Program-made: the position numbers and the translations under genes
Notes under the pieces: model-generated
The model's input: only the letters and a program-made list of their open reading frames with translations
What the model was told of the DNA's origin: nothing
The model's database searches: none
In this document: in pieces, positions 55,322 through 64,000 of the stretch
How positions within the stretch are numbered: position 1 is the stretch's first letter
How the letters are laid out: every line of letters begins with the position of its first letter
Assembly (NCBI RefSeq): GCF_009914755.1
Contig: NC_060938.1
From: the human T2T-CHM13v2.0 reference genome, Homo sapiens
Strand: one strand, 5' to 3'
DNA: 64,000 bases

Positions 55322-56387
55322 TTAAAAACTTGAGAACAAACATGTAAAAGTGAAAAATCAACAAAGCAACGAATTCTTTGAAATGATGAATCAAAGTAAT
55401 AAACTCCTAGGAAGACTGATCAACAAACACAGAAAGCACAAATTTAAAATATGCAGAATAAAAGAGGATATCACTATAGACCCTAAAGATGTTAAAATAT
55501 AACAAGAGGATATTATAAACAATATTATCCCAATAAAATTTTCAACTTATATAATAAGAATATATTTCTTGAAGAACAGAATTTACCAAAACAGACATTA
55601 GAATAAACAGAACCGTGAAAAACTTTGCTAAAAATTTTGAAAAGAGAAAAATAATTAACAAATACATAGATAAATATAACTTACCAAAATTTATAAAGAA
55701 TGGCTTTAAGTAATCATAAAATAATTTAAAGAAAACACCAGGCTCAATTCTTGTATGGTGAAGTCTGCCAAAATTAAAAAAAAAATTAAATTCTATGGAC
55801 AAATTCGGAGGATAAAAAATAAATATAGGTCAGAAACTCAGATCTACAAACAGAAAGGAAGAGCATTTTTAAAAAGTGAAGCTAAAAGAAAGACTTATTT
55901 TTCTTATTCTTAAGTGATCTAAGAAATAATGATTAGTTCAAAATATTAATCACAATAATGTACTTTATTATGTATGTGTATATGTGCATGTGTGCACATA
56001 TACATAAGTGAAATGAATGACAGTGATGATAAAAGAGATGAGAGAGAGGAATTGGGATATTTAAAAATTATTATTATAAGGTACTTGCACTAACCATGAA
56101 GTAGTATAGTGTTATTTCAAAGTGGACTTGTAAATGTATATTTCAAACTCTAGGGCAACCTCCAACAAACACGAATAAAAGAAGTAAAACTAATGCTAAG
56201 AAAGGAGAGAAATGGAATTATATAAAATGTTCAGTTAAAACCACAGAAGTCAGTAAAAAAGTGGAAGACATTAGACTAAAAATAAAGGGAGAGAGAAAGA
56301 CATGCTATGATCTCACTAATAAAAAAGCAGGAATAGCTATATTAATTTTAGACTGAGCAGACTTCAGAACAAACAGAGGTATGAGAA

Positions 56388-57438
<1,051 letters not shown>

Positions 57439-58016
57439 CTTAAAAGGAGGAGCATTGCATAGTGGTAAAGGGGTTCATTCTTCCAGAAGTCATAACAACC
57501 TGTAATGTATATGTGCCTAAAAACAAAGTATCAAAGTATGGAAGGCAAAAACTGATGGAACTGCTAGGTGCAATTGATGAATCCACTGTTTTAGTTGAAG
57601 GCCTCATCCTTCTATCACAAATGGACACATCCAACAAGCAGAAAATAAATTTAAGGACACAGTTGAACTCAATAGCATCATCAATCAACTGAATATAATT
57701 GACATCTATAGACCTACTTTATCCAACAACAGCAGAATACATTTCTTCTCAAGCTCACATGGTACCTTAACTAAGATAGAACACATGCTGGGCCATAAAA
57801 CACACCTTAAGAAAAATTTTAAAAAAGAATGATGAATTGTCTGCTCTCAAGCCACAATGTAATTAAACTAGAAAACAATAACAGACAGATAACTGGAAAA
57901 ATCTCAGAATAACACATTTCAAGATAACATATAAATAAAAAAAAGTTAAGAAAAACAAAAAAAGGGAATAAATGAAAATGAAAACACTATAACATTTGTG
58001 AGATATAGTAAAATCA

Positions 58017-58340
<324 letters not shown>

Positions 58341-58430
58341 GAAGAAGAAGAAGAAGAAGAAGAAGAAGAAGAAGAAGAAGAAGAAGAAGAAGAAGAAGAA
58401 GAAGAGGAAGAGGAAGAGGAAGAGGAAGAG

Positions 58431-58465
<35 letters not shown>

Positions 58466-58484
58466 GGAAGAAGAAGAAGAAGAA
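58341..58484 (+). repeat. (GAA)21(GAGGAA)6(GAA)6(GAGGAA)2(GAA)5 purine triplet repeat
   Basis: Direct count: 48 triplets, 144 bp. Confidence 0.95.
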
Positions 58485-61400
58485 GGATCTAAAATCAATA
58501 ATTTAAGCTTCTACCATTGGAAATTAGTAAAATAAGATAAAATTTAATTCAAAATAAGCAGAAGAAAAGAAATAATGAAAACTAGAGCAAAAAATCAATA
58601 AATTTGAAAGTAAGATATCAATGAATTTGAAAGTAAGATATCAATAAATAAAATCAATGTAACCAGAAGCTGATTTTTTGCAAGGTAAATAAAATAGATA
58701 AAATAGATAAACCTCTACCAGGCCAACTAAAAAAAAAGGACAAAGGACACAAATTTTTAATATCAGAGATGGAAGAGGGAATATCACTACAACTCCATTG
58801 ACAACAAAAAGATAGTAAAGGCATACTATGAACAACTGCATGCCCATAAGTTTGATAACCTAGATGAAATGCATCAATTTCTTAAGTAACAAAATCTGCC
58901 AAAACTCACACAAAAAGGAATACAAAATCCAAATAGCCCTATATCCATGAAAGAAATGGACTCAATAATTAATAACCTTCCACAACAGATAGCATCAGGC
59001 CCAAAGATGTTCACTGGTGAATTCTAACAAAGACTGAAGGAAGAAATTATACCAATTCTCTACTATTTATTTCAGAAAATAGAAGTAGAAGGAGTACTTC
59101 TCAACTCTTTCTATGAGGCCAACATCATCCTGATATCAAAACCAGACAGACTTTATAAGAAAAGAAAACTGCAGATTAATATCTCTTATGAGTACAGATG
59201 CAAAAAAAAAAAAACTTCAACAAAGTATTTGCAAATTTAATCCAACAATATATAAAAAGATTTATACATCAGAACCAAGTGGGATTTATCTCAGATATGC
59301 AATGCTGGTTCAACATCAAAAATCAATTAATGCAATCCATTGCATCAAGAGGCTTAAAAAGTCGTGAAATTGTATCAATAGATGCGGAAAAGGTATTTGA
59401 GAAAATCCAACACTGACATATGACAAAAACTCTCAGTAAACTGGGAAGAGAAGAAATCTTCCTCAAATTGAAATGGAATATCTACGAAAAGCCTACAGCT
59501 TAACATCATCTTTAATGATGAGGACCTGGAAGCTGTCCCACCAAAATAGAAAGAGGCAAGAATATTTCCTGTCACTACTGCTTTTCACCATTGTACTCAA
59601 AGTCCTAGTTAATGACATAAAACAGAAAAAGAAATAAAAGGTATACAGATTGGAAAGGAAAAAATAAAACTTTGTTCACAGATGACGTAATCATTTATGT
59701 AGAAAAGCCTAAAGAATTGACCAAAAAACCCTCCTAGAGCTAATAAGCAATTATAGCAAGGTTGTGGGACAAAAGGTTAATATACAAAAGTCAATCACTT
59801 TCCTATATACCAGCAATAAAAATTTGAATTTGAAATTAAAAACACAATATCATTTATATTAGAACCTACAAAAATAAAAACTTAGGTGTAAATCCAAGAA
59901 AATATATACAAGACCTGTACAAGGAATACTACAAAGCTATGACGAAAGGAATCCAAGAACTAGAGTGACAATCCACGTCCATGGACAGGAAAACTCAATA
60001 TTGCCAAGATGTCAGTTCTTCCAAACTTGATCTGTAAATTCAATGCAATCCTCATCAAAATCTCACTAGTCATTTTGTAGATATTGACAAACTGATTCTA
60101 AAATTTATATGCAAAAGGAAAAGAACCAGAATAGCCAAGACAATATTGAAAGACTAGAACAAAATTGGAGGATTGGTAGTATTGACATCAAGACTTACTT
60201 TAAATCTACAGTAATTGAGGTAGCCTAATATTTGCAAAAGGATAAACAGATCAGAGGAACAGAAGAGAGCATGCAGAAATAAAGCTACATGAATGTACTC
60301 AACTAATCTTAAACAAAGGATCAAAAACATACTATGGAGAAGATAGTCCCTTCAACAAATGGTGCTGGAATACCTGGATATGTACATGCAAAACACTAAA
60401 TCTAAATGCTAACCTTATACCCATCACAAAAATCGATTCAAAAAGGTTCAAAAACCTAAGTGTAAATGCAAAGCTATAAAACTCCTAAAAGAAAACATAG
60501 GAGACATTGCAGATGAGCCTGGATTTGCTGATAACTTTTTATATATAACAGCAAGGGCATAATTCATGAAAGAAAGAATTGGCAAGCTGAACTTAATGAA
60601 AATTAAAAATGTCCACTCTGTAAAAGATATTGTTAAGATAATGAAAAGACAAATCATAGACTGAAAATATTCACAAAAGACATATGTCATGAAGGATTGT
60701 TATTCAACATATACGAAGAACTCTTAAAACATAACAATAAGAAAACAATTTTTAAAATGGGCAAAAGACCTGACACCTTAGCAAATATGATACACAAATA
60801 GCAATAAGCATATGAAAATATGCTCCACATCCTATATCATGAGGGAAATGCAAATTAAAATAAAGAAATTCCACTAAATGTCTATTACAGTAACCAAAAT
60901 CCAGAACATTGACAAGCACCAAATGCTGATGAAGATGTGGAGCAACAGGTACCTTCATTCATTCTGGGGGGAATGCAAAATGGTATAGCCACTTTGAATG
61001 ACAGTTTAGCAGTTTCTTACAAAACTAAACATACTCTTATCCTACAATTCAGCAGTTATGCTCCTTAATATTAACCCAAAGGAGCTATAAACATGTCCAA
61101 GCAAAAATCTGCATATGGATGTTTAAAGCAGCTTCATTTATTATTGCCAAAACATGGAAGCAACCAAGTTGTCTTTCAGTAGGTAAATGAATAAGTAAAC
61201 TGTGGTATATCCAGACAATATAATATTATTTATTGCTAAAAAGAAATGAGCTCTCAATCCACGAAAAGACATGGAAGAAACGTAAATGCATACTACTAAA
61301 AAAAAAGCCAATTTGAAAAGGTACATACTGTATCATTTCAACTATATGACACTCTGGAAATGGCAAAAGTATTGAGACAGTCAAACAGTACAGTGGTTTC

Positions 61401-61861
61401 TAGGTGTTGAGGGGAGGGATGGATGAATAGGTGAAATACAGAGCAAATTCAGGGCAGTGAAAATCTTCTGTCTGATACTATAAAGATGGACACATGTCAT
61501 TACAAATTTGTACAAACCTATGGAATGTATAACACCAATAGTGAACAATAATGTAAATTTTGGACTCTGGGTGATAATAATGTGTCTGTGTAGGTTCATC
61601 AGTCATAAGAAATGTACCACATTGGTGGGGGATGTTGATAATGAGAAACGCTATGCATGTGTGGAGACAGGAGGTAGGTACATTGATGCTGTGACCCTTC
61701 CTCTCACTTTTGCTGTGAATATAAAACTGTTCTAAAAAAAATACTTTAAAAAATCCATGGTGAAGAAAATTATAAAGACAGGCTATTGTTTCTTGTTTGT
61801 TTTACAACCCTGTGCTTTGTGCAAGAGAAAAAGTTGTTCCCAATGAGCCCTAGGTCCTAGT

Positions 61862-62102
61862 CAGGGCCACAAAACTGTCACATCCCCCATGGGGTGGGCC
61901 AATAAAGGCTGACAATAGTGTTGGAACAAGTGAGGCAATGCAGGCCTTTATGTATACTCATGGTTTTTGATTTTTATTAACTTTTATTACCTTTTTCGAT
62001 TTGGTTCAACAAATGAAATTTACAGATATTTTACATAAGTGTATATTGCAGAGCCCATTTCTTCTTTTGCATCAGGCTCAGACATGGCTTGTCATGGCAC
62101 TG
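61862..62102. mobile_element. hAT-Tip100-like MITE
   Basis: Termini cagggcca ... catggcactg; cttttgcatcaggctcagacatggct. Confidence 0.4.
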
Positions 62103-63129
62103 AGGAAGAGATTTATTCTTCTTGACTCTGGGGTTTCCTAGTCCTTTCTATCTCCATGATGATGGCCCAAATGAACTGAACTTCCCTAGAACTGTCTCTG
62201 CACAATAACCTCATGGGTCTTCATTCCCTAATCTGACTTTTAAAGGCCTGCTGAGTAAAGAAATAAGATCCTAGGGAATTCTGAAGTAGGCGAAGATGTT
62301 TCTGTAGTACTTCAATTTCCAACTTTACATCATTTTCCTTTCAAAGTATGCCCCCATTTTCACTCACTAACATTCATAGTATTTTACCTTTTTATCATCT
62401 CAAAACATTTGAGAAATTTGTGGAATAAATTAACTCATTCTGAGGTAAAAAAAAATTTAAATCAGCTGAGTGGGCTCTACACACTGCACAGAAATAGTGT
62501 CTGTTTTACAAAAATTAAAATTTTGCTAGCTAAAATAAAACACTAGCTGTTAAATGTCAAGTATTAACTCATGGGTGAAGAAGTGAAACCTTTCAATAGC
62601 CCTTTAAAATTTTAACAATTACTTCTTAAACTACGCATAAAAACCAGTTTTAATATATATATAACACAAAAAAAACACAGAACAACTTTTTCAAAAAGGT
62701 CAACAGTTTTAGTTACAAAACAATGTCTCTGGATGTGGACATTAAAAAGACTACTTCCAAGAAAATTAAATTTTTGAAGTCTTAATTAAATCCAAAATAG
62801 GCAATGTGTGCCAACACTACAAAAGACATCAAAAGTCTCATCTGCCAAATGTTGCCCAATTTGAGTACAGATTTCATTTCCTATGTGAATGCCATGTCCT
62901 ATTCCCTGAAACCTGAATGACTAACATTGAAAAATATAAGAAACATAAAGTGATAGGTATTATGTGCAGATTTTATTAATAGCACAACAAATAATCTTTA
63001 GTGAACAAAATGGACAGTTTCCATGACTGAATCTCAAGAATTAGAATTAGAATGACTGGATTTATAATTTAGATACACTGGCTTTTTACTTGGTGACTTA
63101 TTTAGGTAGTTACAATAATTGATATTTTC

Positions 63130-63285
63130 TAAGCACTTAACATGTTCCAGGCATGATAATAGGCTGCTAATATAGTTTATTTGTTTACTTTTCACAAGAG
63201 TCCTATTTAATCTCCTTTCGCATATTTTTCATATGAGAAAACTAAGTATATTCTAAGATTATGGAACTTGCCCAAGTTTACACAG
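63130..63285 (-). mobile_element. MIR, cut by the following LTR
   Basis: aagcacttaacatgttccaggca...atatgagaaaactaag...aacttgcccaagtttacacag. Confidence 0.7.
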
Positions 63286-63287
63286 GG

Positions 63288-63566
63288 ATGTGGTTCAGGA
63301 CGTGCTATCCAAAATACAGCACCTTGACACAATGAGTATTTTAAGCTGAAGGAATTGATCAAACCACAGAAACAGGAAGATGTCTCTGAAGCAGGATATA
63401 GAAACAGTTAATAAAAGTAATTCACCTTGACCTTGTCTCCTGAAGCAGACCATAAAACCTAGCTGAGCTTCCCCTGAAAATAGGTCATAAGACTCTTATT
63501 TCAGGGGATTTTTGAAATATACCCAGAAGAAAGGAATGTCACACAGGAACACCAAGAAAAATCTGA
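63288..63566 (+). mobile_element. ERV1 LTR 5' part (LTR48/LTR49/MER39 group)
   Basis: ggttcaggacgtgctatccaaaatacagcaccttg...tattttaagctgaaggaatt. Confidence 0.7.
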
Positions 63567-64000
63567 AGGGGAGAAAATATAAATATTTTTTCTGAGTCCT
63601 CACAAGGTCTTTGCTAGGATACCTGTGTAAAAAAAAAAAAAAAAAAAAGACAAATGAACAGGAACAAAAAGGTATACAAATTTTACTAACATGTATATAG
63701 ATATAGGAGCCATGCACAGAGTATGAGACTCAAAGGAAGTGCCAGATAGCTGAAGTTTTTGTACCATCTTGAGGTTACAGAAGGAATAGGGGAAAGATAG
63801 GATATGGGAGGGAGAGAGGAGGAAAGGCATGGTGAGCAAAAGCAGACTTGTTATTGCAGAAATCTCACAGATAGCAACTCTCAGAAAGAATACATGGTGG
63901 CCTGCAGTAACATTTTTCTGTCAAAACTTCTTTGAAGGTATAAGATTTTAGTCTCTTTTTCTGTGAGTTAATCTTTCCTGGATCCGGATAAGAGGACCCT
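63567..64000 (-). mobile_element. Second ERV1 LTR (MER67/LTR48-like), running off the window
   Basis: gacaaatgaacagg...tatgagactcaaag...ctctcagaaagaata are typical of antisense MER4-group LTRs. Confidence 0.55.

Noticed and set aside
58601-58645. 23-bp tandem duplication in L1 (similar short ones near 11360 and 44385)
   Set aside because: Ordinary slippage duplications with only two units and no spacers; not array- or CRISPR-like

Overview
Primate (very likely human) AT-rich non-coding DNA, mostly made of interspersed repeats: Alu, L1, L2, MIR, L3, MaLR/ERVL/ERV1/ERVK solo LTRs, and Tigger/hAT/mariner MITEs. I found no credible protein-coding exon; the supplied ORFs I could place are repeat-derived and the rest look like chance frames. 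The one recognisable gene is an intact 80-bp MADE1 palindrome (47863-47942). On the minus strand it matches the hsa-mir-548y precursor and mature sequence as I remember them. That would place the window at chr14q21.3, upstream of MDGA2 and overlapping the 3' part of lncRNA LINC00648; this locus assignment is from memory and needs BLAT confirmation. Main observations: (1) the miRNA hairpin is inserted in the last bases of a same-strand MLT1A0 LTR whose AATAAA is destroyed; (2) a Tigger2a-derived AATAAA lies where I recall the LINC00648 3' end; (3) about seven separate fold-back or template-switch scars, the largest a ~75-bp-arm hairpin in MER52; (4) a candidate L1 insertion-mediated deletion; (5) a 48-triplet GAA/GAG Alu tail; (6) two repeat-free, motif-rich blocks that look regulatory. 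I see no evidence of a new multi-gene system. Repeat subfamily calls are by eye and old-repeat boundaries are approximate.
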